Shown: positions 34,381 through 43,468 of the stretch, in pieces
Layout: each line of letters starts with the position of its first letter
Position numbering within the stretch: the stretch's first letter is position 1
NCBI GenBank assembly: GCA_035527895.1
Contig: DATKZQ010000017.1
Coordinates: 3,588-67,587 of the forward strand
Direction: 5' to 3'
DNA: 64,000 nucleotides
Source of the DNA: Desulfatiglandales bacterium
Lineage (GTDB): Bacteria; Desulfobacterota; DSM-4660; Desulfatiglandales; B25-G16
The notes under the pieces: generated by a model
The model's database searches: none
The model's input: the letters and a program-made list of their open reading frames with translations, nothing else
What the model was told of the DNA's origin: nothing
Translations under genes and position numbers: made by a program

Positions 34381-35608
34381 GTAAGTATCTCCTCACCCAA
34401 TCAAGCGCCATCTCGGCAGTAGCAACCTTTACGCTCTGCCTGTCTCCGGGAAACCGATACTGGCTGGAGAATACCCTGCCGCGTACGGAAAGTCCAATGA
34501 AGACGGTACCAACCGGTTTGGTCTCCGAACCTCCTGAGGGGCCGGCAATTCCAGTCACGGCCAATCCCATATCCGTTCTTGCGGACCTCCTGATACCTTC
34601 GGCCATCTCTCTTACCGTTTGATCGCTCACGGCCCCGTATGTGTCAAGGGTATGCTGTTGTACGCCAAGCATCTCCACCTTCGATCGATCGCTGTACACA
34701 ACAGCCCCCCGCTCGAAATACACTGAACTGCCTGATATGGAGGTGAGCCTGTGGCCGATGAGCCCGCCCGTGCATGATTCAGCCAAAGATAGTGTCACAT
34801 TTCGGGCTGTCAACAATTCTCCAACGACCGCTTCTAGGGTTTTATCTCCCGATGCAAAAACATAGGGACCTAACAGGCCTTGGATTTTATCTTCAGCCCG
34901 TGTCAATTCCTCTTCGATCTCCGCTAGATCTTCTCCCCGGATTGTAATGGTAATGCGAGTTTCGGGGAAAGACGGATAGAAGCCGAACATGACCCTCTTC
35001 AGGTCATCACTGAGACCACTGAGGATATCGGCAATTTGAGATTCGCCCAGCCCAAAGACCTTGAGTATCCTGTGCCGCGGGACAAGAGGCGGTCTATAGC
35101 GCCTCAGGATATCCGGAACAACAACCCGATCCAACAACTGCCTCATCTGCTCAGGTACACCGGGCAGGAAATAGAGTTGACTGTCTCTTTTTGAAATGGA
35201 AAAGCCACAGGCATATCCTTGAGGGTCTAAAACCTTTGCCCCCCTGGGAAGCCAGGCCAGTTTTACCAGGTTTGGAGACCAGGTCAGGCCTGATCTCTCG
35301 GTGCAATCCTTTATGTGGTCGAATAGGCCTTGATCAAGATAAAGGGGTCTGTCTAAGGTCTTTGCTGCTATCTCGGCGGTCAGGTCATCGTCAGTGGGCC
35401 CCAAACCACCAGTGACGATAACAAAACGAGACCTCTTGACAGCGGTCCTCAGCGCAGCGGAAAGTGTATCGCAGTTGTCGCCGACCGTGGTAATCTCGTT
35501 CACTTCAAGGCCGCACGATATGAGGCACCCTGATGCATACCAACCATTGAGGTCTCTGGTCTTTCCTGAAATCAGTTCATCGCCGATAATGATGATCTCT
35601 GTAAGCAT
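34352..35608 (-). CDS. cinA: CinA family protein (MoCF-binding domain plus nicotinamide-nucleotide amidohydrolase PncC domain)
   Basis: MLTEIIIIGDELISGKTRDLN, VIVTGGLGPTDDDLT and ESCTGGL. Confidence 0.85.
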   Translation of the reverse strand: MLTEIIIIGDELISGKTRDLNGWYASGCLISCGLEVNEITTVGDNCDTLSAALRTAVKRSRFVIVTGGLGPTDDDLTAEIAAKTLDRPLYLDQGLFDHIKDCTERSGLTWSPNLVKLAWLPRGAKVLDPQGYACGFSISKRDSQLYFLPGVPEQMRQLLDRVVVPDILRRYRPPLVPRHRILKVFGLGESQIADILSGLSDDLKRVMFGFYPSFPETRITITIRGEDLAEIEEELTRAEDKIQGLLGPYVFASGDKTLEAVVGELLTARNVTLSLAESCTGGLIGHRLTSISGSSVYFERGAVVYSDRSKVEMLGVQQHTLDTYGAVSDQTVREMAEGIRRSARTDMGLAVTGIAGPSGGSETKPVGTVFIGLSVRGRVFSSQYRFPGDRQSVKVATAEMALDWVRRYLHGHPFIPGI

Positions 35609-35630
35609 AACTTTTTTCAATAGCACGTTT

Positions 35631-36143
35631 TCAATTGAGCATAAAGAGAAGAAGTCTCAACGATATGTGGGCGTATACCCCCGCCAACAGATCGTCAAGA
35701 ACTATGCCGATCCCCCCCTTCAGTTTTTTTTCGATGGTCTTTATAGGTGGCGGCTTCAGGATGTCGAAAAACCTGAAAAGAAAGAACCCCCCTGCCAGAG
35801 CCGGCCACGTAAAGGGGATGAACGCAGTGGTGAGCAAGAAACCAGCTACCTCATCAACGACGATCACCGGTGGGTCGTCCGAACCAAGGATTCTTTGGCT
35901 CCGGTGAGATGACCAGATTGCGCCAATGGCTATTATCAGCAGAATTGAGAACTGGTACTGAGGGCCGAGAAGACTTCCTGCTACATACAGTGGGATGGCC
36001 GCGACCGTGCCAAACGTACCGGGCATTCCCGGTAACAGACCTGCGCCGAACCAGATTGAAGAAATCAGGGCAATCTTATCTAAAAGACCACGTTCCTTGA
36101 TCGCCTTTATTATGGTAAATGTATCAGATTCAGTAATCGACAT
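35631..36143 (-). CDS. pgpA: Phosphatidylglycerophosphatase A
   Basis: FGAGLLPGMPGTFGTVAAIPL, DDPPVIVVDEVAG and FRFFDILKPPPI. The start is chosen at ATG 36143; the track ORF begins at 36179. Confidence 0.8.
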   Translation of the reverse strand: MSITESDTFTIIKAIKERGLLDKIALISSIWFGAGLLPGMPGTFGTVAAIPLYVAGSLLGPQYQFSILLIIAIGAIWSSHRSQRILGSDDPPVIVVDEVAGFLLTTAFIPFTWPALAGGFFLFRFFDILKPPPIKTIEKKLKGGIGIVLDDLLAGVYAHISLRLLLFMLN

Positions 36144-36467
36144 CAAGAACGAACGGATTCTTAAGGGTAAGCACCTCAACCTCTTTATCAGGGTAAAGGT
36201 AGTTAGTCAAAGGGTTTCCTGTCGACTACATCACCGAAAACACAATGAAATGGTGATTGAGGACCTGCAGCATTCTCGTACCTGCAGGAGTTAGCGTAAC
36301 AAAGGGTAAAAACCGGGGTTTTGAGAATATTGGTCGTTTCATTGTGTGCCGGGTTCTTGAATGCCCCTCTAAAAAGGCAAGAGCTTCGATAAAATTTTCC
36401 TTGAGTTACATGAGGCCTTAATTGTATTGTACCCGAAAAAAATAGTTACCTGGGAAAGGAAGATATC

Positions 36468-36791
36468 ATGAGGAATGGAAAAATTGCTGTAGGTATTTCG
36501 CTCCTATGCCTCTTTGTAATGTTCGGGTGCCATTACGCGCGTACGGCAGGAACGGCGAGGACAGTTGAGTTAACGGTAATGAATGTTCCTGCCGGCTGCT
36601 GAGGTCAGCCACAAGATAGGATAAGGTCTATCCTAATAAATGCTGAAGGGGTGTTGAACTTCGGTCTGTACCCGGAATCTTTCACGGTAACGGTAACATT
36701 CGATCCGGAAAAGACCACTGTACAAGAGATTATTGAAGTCCTCTCAGAGGGAGGATATCCGGTTTCAGGAGAACCTAAGTGGGTGAAGTGA
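36468..36791 (+). CDS. Secreted/lipoprotein HMA-like protein with an in-frame TGA (candidate selenoprotein), copy 1
   Basis: The signal peptide has an FGC lipobox-like end. The frame reads ...MNVPAGC-TGA(36600-36602)-GQPQDRIRSIL...FTVTVTFD...GGYPVSGEPKWVK* and is paralogous across the TGA to 52210..52539. Confidence 0.65.
36603..36648 (+). promoter_or_regulatory. Candidate bacterial SECIS stem-loop
   Basis: CAGC-cacaaga-TAGGATA-aggtc-TATCCTA-ataaat-GCTG. The upper stem begins 14 nt after the TGA and is conserved in the paralogue. Confidence 0.5.
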
Positions 36792-37014
36792 ATTGTTTTC
36801 GCCCTGAATAGCATAGCCTTTTAGTCAGGGTGACCTCGTGCAATCGAGGTGGCCACGTGTGGTTGCTCGGATCGCGGCGCAGTGGTCCAAACAATCATTA
36901 GAGTTATAAAGAGTATTACGGTCCCCGATAGGCTTGGAAAATTTCTGAGAGAATGAGTTCCGGCGCCAATCCCAGAAATTGCCTAACAGGAACAGCAGGG
37001 TGGTGACCTACCGT

Positions 37015-37932
37015 CTAAACTGCCTTTAGCATCTTATCCACGGCTGCCTTCGCCTTCAGGCGGATCTTCTTTGGGACCTTGATCTGATGTTTCATTTCAT
37101 CCAATGAACTGAGGACCTTCTCGAGGGTAATCAACTTCATATTAGGGCAAACCGCTTGCCCTGAGGCAGGAATAAACTCCTTGCCCGGGTTCTCCTTTCT
37201 GAGCCGATGGAGTATCCCAATCTCGGTGCCCACTATCATTGTGCTGACATCCTGTCTCATGGCGTACCGGCACATCCCTCCAGTACTTAGGACTTCATCG
37301 GCGAGGGCGACAACATCCGGCCGGCACTCGGGATGAACAATAACCTTTGCCGAGGGATATTTCTGCTTCAGATCGGTAATATGTTTTGGGAGTATCTTGA
37401 GATGCGTGGGGCAATAGCCCGGCCAGAAGACCAAATCCTTGTCAGTCTTCATGGAGACATAATGGCCGAGATACTTGTCAGGGACAAATAGTATCTCTTC
37501 GCGATCGAGGCTTTCTACAACCTTGAGGGCATTGGCCGAGGTACAGCAAACATCTGATTCTGCCTTGACCTCTGCGGTTGAATTGATATAGCAGACCACG
37601 GCAGCCCTCGGGTGTTCCCGTTTCATCGCCCTCAATTCTTCAGCAGTGACCATGTTTGCCATGGGACAGCCGGCATTCATATCGGGAAGCACGACAATCT
37701 TGTCCGGGCAAAGGATCGAAGCTGTTTCCGCCATAAAATGGACCCCGCAAAAGACTATCACTGCTGCATCGGTTCCAGCAGCGGTTTGGCTTAACCCCAA
37801 CGAATCGCCGACGAAATCAGCTATATCTTGAACTTCGCCCCGTTGGTAGTTATGAGCCAAAATGACGGCGTTTCTCTCTCTTTTCAGCTTTACTATGCTT
37901 TCTTTAAGTTTTTCATTACTGTTCTGCATCAA
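37015..37932 (-). CDS. nadA: Quinolinate synthase
   Basis: AVILAHNYQRGEVQDIADFVGDSL, VHPEC and LSTGGM in a 305-aa protein. Confidence 0.9.
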   Translation of the reverse strand: MMQNSNEKLKESIVKLKRERNAVILAHNYQRGEVQDIADFVGDSLGLSQTAAGTDAAVIVFCGVHFMAETASILCPDKIVVLPDMNAGCPMANMVTAEELRAMKREHPRAAVVCYINSTAEVKAESDVCCTSANALKVVESLDREEILFVPDKYLGHYVSMKTDKDLVFWPGYCPTHLKILPKHITDLKQKYPSAKVIVHPECRPDVVALADEVLSTGGMCRYAMRQDVSTMIVGTEIGILHRLRKENPGKEFIPASGQAVCPNMKLITLEKVLSSLDEMKHQIKVPKKIRLKAKAAVDKMLKAV

Positions 37933-38713
37933 TCACGATTCTCCACTCATGAGTATAGACATTCATTCTCTTCCCTCTCACATAACCAATAAGGGTTATG
38001 CCCAATTCATCGGCTAACTTCACCCCGAGATCAGTAGGCGCGGATTTCGAGATGATTATGGGAATGGTTCTCTTGGCTACCTTGAGCAATATCTCGGAGG
38101 AGATTCTGCCGCTGGTGACTATTACGTGTTCATCGGTTGGCAAATCTTGTAGAAGACATTGACCGAAGATTTTGTCAATGGCATTGTGTCTGCCGATGTC
38201 CTCGGCGAAGAGGAGAATGTCCCCTGCGTCACAAAGAGCAGCACTATGCACGCCACCAGTCATCCTATAAAGCTTTGAGCGGTGATGGAATGCCTTCATC
38301 AGGGCGAAAACGTCTTCCGCTAATAACCTTATTTGGGATTCCACCCTTGCCATAGCTCCCACATCAGCAGAGCTGTAAAAGGAGGCTCCCCTTCCGCACC
38401 CTGAGGTTATGAAACGCTTGAATACGAGTTCGCCGGCTGATTCGTTATCTTCTTCGGTTTCGACACGGACCACACCTCTCTTTTCGTCAACCGTTATCTT
38501 CTTGATCTCATCCTTGCTACTTATCAAGCCTTCAGAATAAAGGAAGCCGACAGCCAGGTATTTCAAATCCTTTGGTGTGCATAACAGGGTCACCAATTCC
38601 CTATTGTTGAGCATGATGGTAAGGGGACGTTCCCGGGCTACTAAGTCCTCTATCCTGTTTTTGTCCTTTTCAGTAAAACGCACTATAGAAAGTTTCTGTG
38701 TTTCGTCTGCCAT
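37916..38713 (-). CDS. fdhD: Formate dehydrogenase accessory sulfurtransferase FdhD, paralogue 1
   Basis: SGCGRG, TGGVHSAALC, EDIGRHNAIDK and SGRISSEILLK. Confidence 0.85.
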   Translation of the reverse strand: MADETQKLSIVRFTEKDKNRIEDLVARERPLTIMLNNRELVTLLCTPKDLKYLAVGFLYSEGLISSKDEIKKITVDEKRGVVRVETEEDNESAGELVFKRFITSGCGRGASFYSSADVGAMARVESQIRLLAEDVFALMKAFHHRSKLYRMTGGVHSAALCDAGDILLFAEDIGRHNAIDKIFGQCLLQDLPTDEHVIVTSGRISSEILLKVAKRTIPIIISKSAPTDLGVKLADELGITLIGYVRGKRMNVYTHEWRIVIDAEQ

Positions 38714-38718
38714 CTTTA

Positions 38719-39939
38719 TCAGCCCTTCTGGAGGTGTTTATGAAAATCAGCTCCCGTGCAAGCAGGAATCAGATCTCCACAAGCTTCTGCGTGTTGGGTT
38801 CTTTTAGCCATAGGTTGTGCGCTGCAATTGTTTCGGCAATGATGTTCTCCTCCGGCCCTCTCTATCGTTCCGCCGCCTATTACCGTATCGCCCTCATAGA
38901 AAACTGCTGCCTGCCCCGGCGTGATGGCCATTTGTAATTCTTTAAACCTTATGTTGACCTTATCTTCATTAAGTGGCGTTATTGTTGCTTCGGCTTCCTC
39001 GTGAAGGTATCGTATCTTCACACTCGCCTCAATCGAATGCTCCAGTTTGTTTATTGATATCCAGTTGAGGTGGGAGGCTATCAGTTCGTCCCCATATGTC
39101 TCCCCTTTACTTCCTACCACGATGGAATTCTCTTCCGGGTTGATCGCGATTACATACAACGGCTCGCTGGAGGATATCCCGAGTCTCTTTCGCTGGCCTA
39201 TGGTGTAAAAGGGGATCCCCTGGTGTTCCCCTAGGACATCCCCTTGCCGATCCACTATTGGACCTCGCACTGCTGTCGGTGGGGTGTGTTCCCTGAGGAA
39301 TCTAGGGTAATCATTATGAGGGATAAAGCAAATCTCCTGGCTTTCAGGCTTTGCAGCTACGGAAAGCCCGAGTTCTCCTGCGATTTCCCTAACGCCCTCC
39401 TTTGAATGATCTCCCACGGGAAAGAGAACACGTTTCAATTGATCCTGCGTCAGCGGATAGAGGAAATAAGATTGGTCCTTGCGACGGTCAAACCCTCTTC
39501 TGAGAGCATATCTTCCTGTCACCTGATCCTTCTCTACCCTGGCGTAGTGACCGGTGGCAATGGAAGATGCGCCCAACTCCCGGCCTTTGCGCAACAGCGC
39601 ACCGAACTTTATATACTGGTTGCACTTGATGCAGGGATTTGGGGTTCTTCCCAGGCTATAGTCTTGACAAAAGGGAGTAATAACCTTTTGAAAGAAGATG
39701 TCCCTGAAATTCAGCACGTAGTGAGGGATATTCAGTTTATAGGCTACCCTCTTGGCATCCTCTACTGCGGAGACCCCGCAACAACCACCAAATGGGTCTA
39801 ACTCACGTTTCTGCCTATCCGGGGGCCATATTTGCATGGTTACCCCAATCACCTGATAGCCTTCCTCTTTGAGGATGGCTGCGGCGACCGAGGAATCTAC
39901 TCCACCGCTCATGGCGACGATGACCCTTTTTGAGTTCAT
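38719..39939 (-). CDS. mnmA: tRNA 2-thiouridine(34) synthase MnmA (C-type) with a Cys-containing C-terminal extension
   Basis: PP-loop VAMSGGVDSSV, NPCIKCN and ATGHYAR. The start is chosen at ATG 39939. The ~45-aa tail is ...HHCRNNCSAQ...ACGDLIPAC.... Confidence 0.85.
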   Translation of the reverse strand: MNSKRVIVAMSGGVDSSVAAAILKEEGYQVIGVTMQIWPPDRQKRELDPFGGCCGVSAVEDAKRVAYKLNIPHYVLNFRDIFFQKVITPFCQDYSLGRTPNPCIKCNQYIKFGALLRKGRELGASSIATGHYARVEKDQVTGRYALRRGFDRRKDQSYFLYPLTQDQLKRVLFPVGDHSKEGVREIAGELGLSVAAKPESQEICFIPHNDYPRFLREHTPPTAVRGPIVDRQGDVLGEHQGIPFYTIGQRKRLGISSSEPLYVIAINPEENSIVVGSKGETYGDELIASHLNWISINKLEHSIEASVKIRYLHEEAEATITPLNEDKVNIRFKELQMAITPGQAAVFYEGDTVIGGGTIERAGGEHHCRNNCSAQPMAKRTQHAEACGDLIPACTGADFHKHLQKG

Positions 39940-40067
39940 ACCCATACGACAGTAAATAAGGTAGGCCTCAGACCCCTTATTTTTGGATGCAAGGCCTGTT
40001 TCAATAATCCTAAGACAGTGAATTGATGGACTCGCAACCGAGCAGAGGGCAGTTGTCTTATCCCCAC

Positions 40068-41222
40068 CTACGAGAGTGGCGACACAGCTCGAAGCCTGTG
40101 AACGATCTTCGGTAGAACTTCTAAGACCCGCTCTATCATTTCCTCGGAAGTCCACTTCCCAAGGCTAAGCCGTACCGAACCATAGACCTGTTCAGAGGAA
40201 AGCCCCATCGCCGAGAGAATATGAGACGGCTCAAGGCTGGCCGAACTGCAGGCTGAGCCAGTAGAAGCACAGATGCCTTCAAGATCGAGGTTCAAGACTA
40301 TTGATTCTCCTTCCAAAAACCCAAAGCTTATATTAACATTGTTGGGCAGCCTCATTGCGGGATGCCCGTTGAGACGGGTATGGTCAATCCGCTCGAGGAT
40401 ACCCATGATCAATTTGTCCCGAAGGGATGTGAGCCGATCTGTTTCGTTGCTCATTTCCTGCCGGGCGAGTTCTATTGCCCGGCCAAGGCCGACGATTCCG
40501 GGGACATTTTCGGTGCCCGCCCGTCGCCGCCTCTCCTGCTCGCCGCCGTGCATCAACGGGGCCAGTCTGGTTTCCCTCCTGATATACAATGCCCCAACCC
40601 CCTTGGGGCCGTAAAGCTTATGCGCCGAGAGGGAGAGCAGATCAATGCCAAGCTCATCCACATCTACCGGCAGATGGCCTACAGTCTGCACAGCATCGGT
40701 ATGAAAATAGATTTCACGCTCTTTCGCAATCTTCCCTATCTCCGCTATCGGCTCGATCGTGCCCATTTCATTGTTGGCGTGCATCACCGAAATTAGGATG
40801 GTATCACCGGTTATCGCCTTCTTCACATCAGAGGGATCCACCAGGCCGTACTCGTCTACCGGGACATAGGTTATTCGGAACCCCCTCTCCTCCAGAAACT
40901 TGCAGGTCTCTGTCACCGCATGGTGCTCAACAGGGGTGGTGATTATATGATTCCCTTTGGCCTCGTTTGCATAGGCCACGCCCACAAGTGCGAAGTTATC
41001 GGACTCGGTCCCGCCGCTCGTGAAGACGATCTCATCAACCTCTGCCCCGATGAGCTCGGAAACCTTAGCCCGCGCCTCCTCGATGGCTCCCTTCGCCTCC
41101 TGGCCATAAGAATAGGTACCGGAGGGGTTGCCAAAGGTGTCGGTGAAGAATGATGACATCGCCTTTACAACTTCCGGGTCAACAGGAGTAGTGGCCGCGT
41201 AGTCAAGGTATATTCTTCTCAT
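40068..41222 (-). CDS. nifS: Cysteine desulfurase (NifS/IscS family)
   Basis: YLDYAATTP, SAHKLYGPKGVGALY (PLP Lys) and GSACSS (active-site Cys). Confidence 0.9.
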   Translation of the reverse strand: MRRIYLDYAATTPVDPEVVKAMSSFFTDTFGNPSGTYSYGQEAKGAIEEARAKVSELIGAEVDEIVFTSGGTESDNFALVGVAYANEAKGNHIITTPVEHHAVTETCKFLEERGFRITYVPVDEYGLVDPSDVKKAITGDTILISVMHANNEMGTIEPIAEIGKIAKEREIYFHTDAVQTVGHLPVDVDELGIDLLSLSAHKLYGPKGVGALYIRRETRLAPLMHGGEQERRRRAGTENVPGIVGLGRAIELARQEMSNETDRLTSLRDKLIMGILERIDHTRLNGHPAMRLPNNVNISFGFLEGESIVLNLDLEGICASTGSACSSASLEPSHILSAMGLSSEQVYGSVRLSLGKWTSEEMIERVLEVLPKIVHRLRAVSPLS

Positions 41223-42055
41223 CCTTTGCCGTTTTCCGTTAGAACCTCGTTCATGCTCCCCGTTCTATATCCTTCCAGATCAACCGTTACATAGGAGTAA
41301 CCCAACGTTTTGAAATAGGATACGATCTTCGAGCTCGGCTTATCACTTAACAATCTGGGAATATCTTTCTTGGGGACTTCTATTCTGGCTATGGTATCAT
41401 GATGCCTCACTCGTACGTGCGTGAACCCGAGATCCTTCAAAAAGCGTTCTGCCTTATCAATCGTGATGAGATTTTCCCTTGTTATCCGCGTGCCGTAGGG
41501 AAGGCGAGAAGCGAGGCAGGCGAAGGAGGGTTTGCTCCACGTGGGTAGGCCCATCCTTTTGCTCATGGAACGAATATCGGGCTTGGTCAGCATGGCCTCC
41601 TGAAGGGGCGATCTTACCCCTAATTCGCGGGCCGCTTCCATGCCGGGACGAAAGTCATCCAGATCATCGAAGTTGCTTCCGTCCACGACATACTTCAGGT
41701 TATTCTCTTTGGCAATGCTTGTAAGTTCGGCAAAGAGTTCTTTCTTGCACCAGTAGCACCTGTCCTTTGGATTGCTGACGAATTTAGGGTTCGTTAGTTC
41801 CCGGGTTTCGATGATCTCATGTCGTGCTTTCAGGTTATGAGCAAGGGCCTTCGCCTGTTCTATCTCTTCGGAAGGATAAACGGTGGAGCTGGCCGTAACG
41901 GCAAGGACTTTGTTTCCCAACACATCCTTGGCAACCCTCAAGAGGAGCGTGCTATCCACACCGCCGGAAAAAGCAATGAGAACGCTCTCCATATCCAGGA
42001 GAATGTCCTCGAGGTTTTGGGATTTCCCCTTTCTATTGTCTGTGCTGGTTTTCAT
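41219..42055 (-). CDS. PP-loop ATP pyrophosphatase of the LarE/TIGR00268 type (three-Cys variant)
   Basis: AFSGGVDSTLL, DRCYWCKKELF and FACLASRLPYG. The start is chosen at ATG 42055. Confidence 0.7.
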   Translation of the reverse strand: MKTSTDNRKGKSQNLEDILLDMESVLIAFSGGVDSTLLLRVAKDVLGNKVLAVTASSTVYPSEEIEQAKALAHNLKARHEIIETRELTNPKFVSNPKDRCYWCKKELFAELTSIAKENNLKYVVDGSNFDDLDDFRPGMEAARELGVRSPLQEAMLTKPDIRSMSKRMGLPTWSKPSFACLASRLPYGTRITRENLITIDKAERFLKDLGFTHVRVRHHDTIARIEVPKKDIPRLLSDKPSSKIVSYFKTLGYSYVTVDLEGYRTGSMNEVLTENGKG

Positions 42056-42101
42056 GGCAACCTTTGTCTCAATTCCGTCCGTTCTAGGTCCTTCGAGGAT
42101 A

Positions 42102-42815
42102 TTAACCGCACCCACAATCTCCGCCGGTCGCACAGGCAGCGACATCAGGGCAGTCGTTGCTGCCGCAGAGCATCTTGAGAAGGGTTACGCTCACGAAATC
42201 CGCTGCCCGGTAGAGCTCGTCAGTGGTTTTCCCTTCGATGACGAATTTGCCGTCTCCAAAAACCCTTACCAGCGTCTCTCGGCCCCCGCTCTTAGGGCCT
42301 TTTATTTGGATTACAGGAGTCATGGGCGTGGCATCCGAGTCCAGTGACTGGATCTGAGAGCCATCCTTAACGGAACTCGGTGACTTGCTGCCGGGTTTTG
42401 TGTAGGCGATACCATTGAATTTGTTACGATTGACGATCTGCAGATAGAGCGCCAGGTCTCTTACGGCCGGCATGACTTCATCCTCCTCATCCGGGTTTAT
42501 CAGTATGGTAGTGCGAACCACTTTTTCACCCATCATCCCCAGCAGAAGTGCCGAGTGTTTGGCGAGCATGTCCTTTCCCGGGGCGTCGAGGGTTACCGTA
42601 AGGGCCTCTCTTGGGTCTGTCTTGAAGGGAAAGCGTGCTCCCCTGGCCTCAATATAGTAATAACCCAGTTTGGAATCATAGTCTACTTTCCCCTCGTACA
42701 TGCCCAGCTGGATCCTATCCGAATTTTGAGGCTCGGGCAAGGACCAACTGTCCAATTTTAATCCTATAATAACCAGCACCGCAATGGAAAAGAACATAAT
42801 TTGTTTGCCTTTCAT
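42102..42815 (-). CDS. Membrane-anchored hypothetical protein with a Cys-rich C-terminal tail
   Basis: N-terminal anchor MKGKQIMFFSIAVLVIIGL and C-terminus ...LCGSNDCPDVAACATGGDCGCG*. The start overlaps the stop of the ABC ATPase gene by 1 nt. Confidence 0.55.
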   Translation of the reverse strand: MKGKQIMFFSIAVLVIIGLKLDSWSLPEPQNSDRIQLGMYEGKVDYDSKLGYYYIEARGARFPFKTDPREALTVTLDAPGKDMLAKHSALLLGMMGEKVVRTTILINPDEEDEVMPAVRDLALYLQIVNRNKFNGIAYTKPGSKSPSSVKDGSQIQSLDSDATPMTPVIQIKGPKSGGRETLVRVFGDGKFVIEGKTTDELYRAADFVSVTLLKMLCGSNDCPDVAACATGGDCGCG

Positions 42816-43468
42816 TACATTATCCTCCCGTCTACAATTTCTATTTTTCTCTTGGCGAAATCCGCAATTGCAGCATCATGCGTCACCAAGAGCACGGTTA
42901 CCCCTTGTCCGTTGAGTTCCTTCACATATCCCATGAGATTCTCTCCGGTTTTGGTGTCCAGATTTCCGGTGGGCTCGTCTGCCAGTATGACAGAGGCATT
43001 ATTTGCTAAGGCGCGCGCAATGGCGACCCGTTGCTGCTCGCCTAAGCTGAGCTCAGAGGGCAGATGGAAGAATCGGTCTTTCAAGCCGACCTTCTCCAGC
43101 AATTGGCTGGCTCTGGCCCTCTGTTTGGTGGGATGTGCCCCGGCGAAATAGAGCGGTATTTCTACGTTTTCAATAGCTGTAAGGTACGAAATGAGATTGA
43201 ATGTCTGAAACACGAAGCCAAATTTCTTCCTCCGGAAGGCCGCCCGTTCCCGCGGCCCCAGTTTTCCAAGCGATACGCCGTCAACCAGGGTTTCGCCCGA
43301 TGTTGGGGTCAATAACCCCGCGACCAGATTTAGGAATGTGGTTTTACCGCTTCCACTAGGACCGACTATTGCGATAAAGTCGCCATTCTCTACCTGTAAA
43401 CTAACGTTGTTCAGCGCTCCAATGCTCCCATAGGACTTTGTCACGCTCTTCAGTTCGATCATTCTCAC
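42815..43468 (-). CDS. ABC transporter ATP-binding protein (MacB/LolD-like)
   Basis: Walker A GPSGSGKTT, signature LSLGEQQRVAIARAL and Walker B ILADEPTGNLD. Confidence 0.9.
   Translation of the reverse strand: MRMIELKSVTKSYGSIGALNNVSLQVENGDFIAIVGPSGSGKTTFLNLVAGLLTPTSGETLVDGVSLGKLGPRERAAFRRKKFGFVFQTFNLISYLTAIENVEIPLYFAGAHPTKQRARASQLLEKVGLKDRFFHLPSELSLGEQQRVAIARALANNASVILADEPTGNLDTKTGENLMGYVKELNGQGVTVLLVTHDAAIADFAKRKIEIVDGRIM

Noticed and set aside
36605-36814. Minus-strand ORFs 36605..36814 and 52263..52481, shown in the six-frame track over the HMA-like genes.
   Set aside because: They are antisense shadows of the plus-strand TGA-containing genes. The plus-strand genes have RBS, signal peptides and a recognisable fold pattern.
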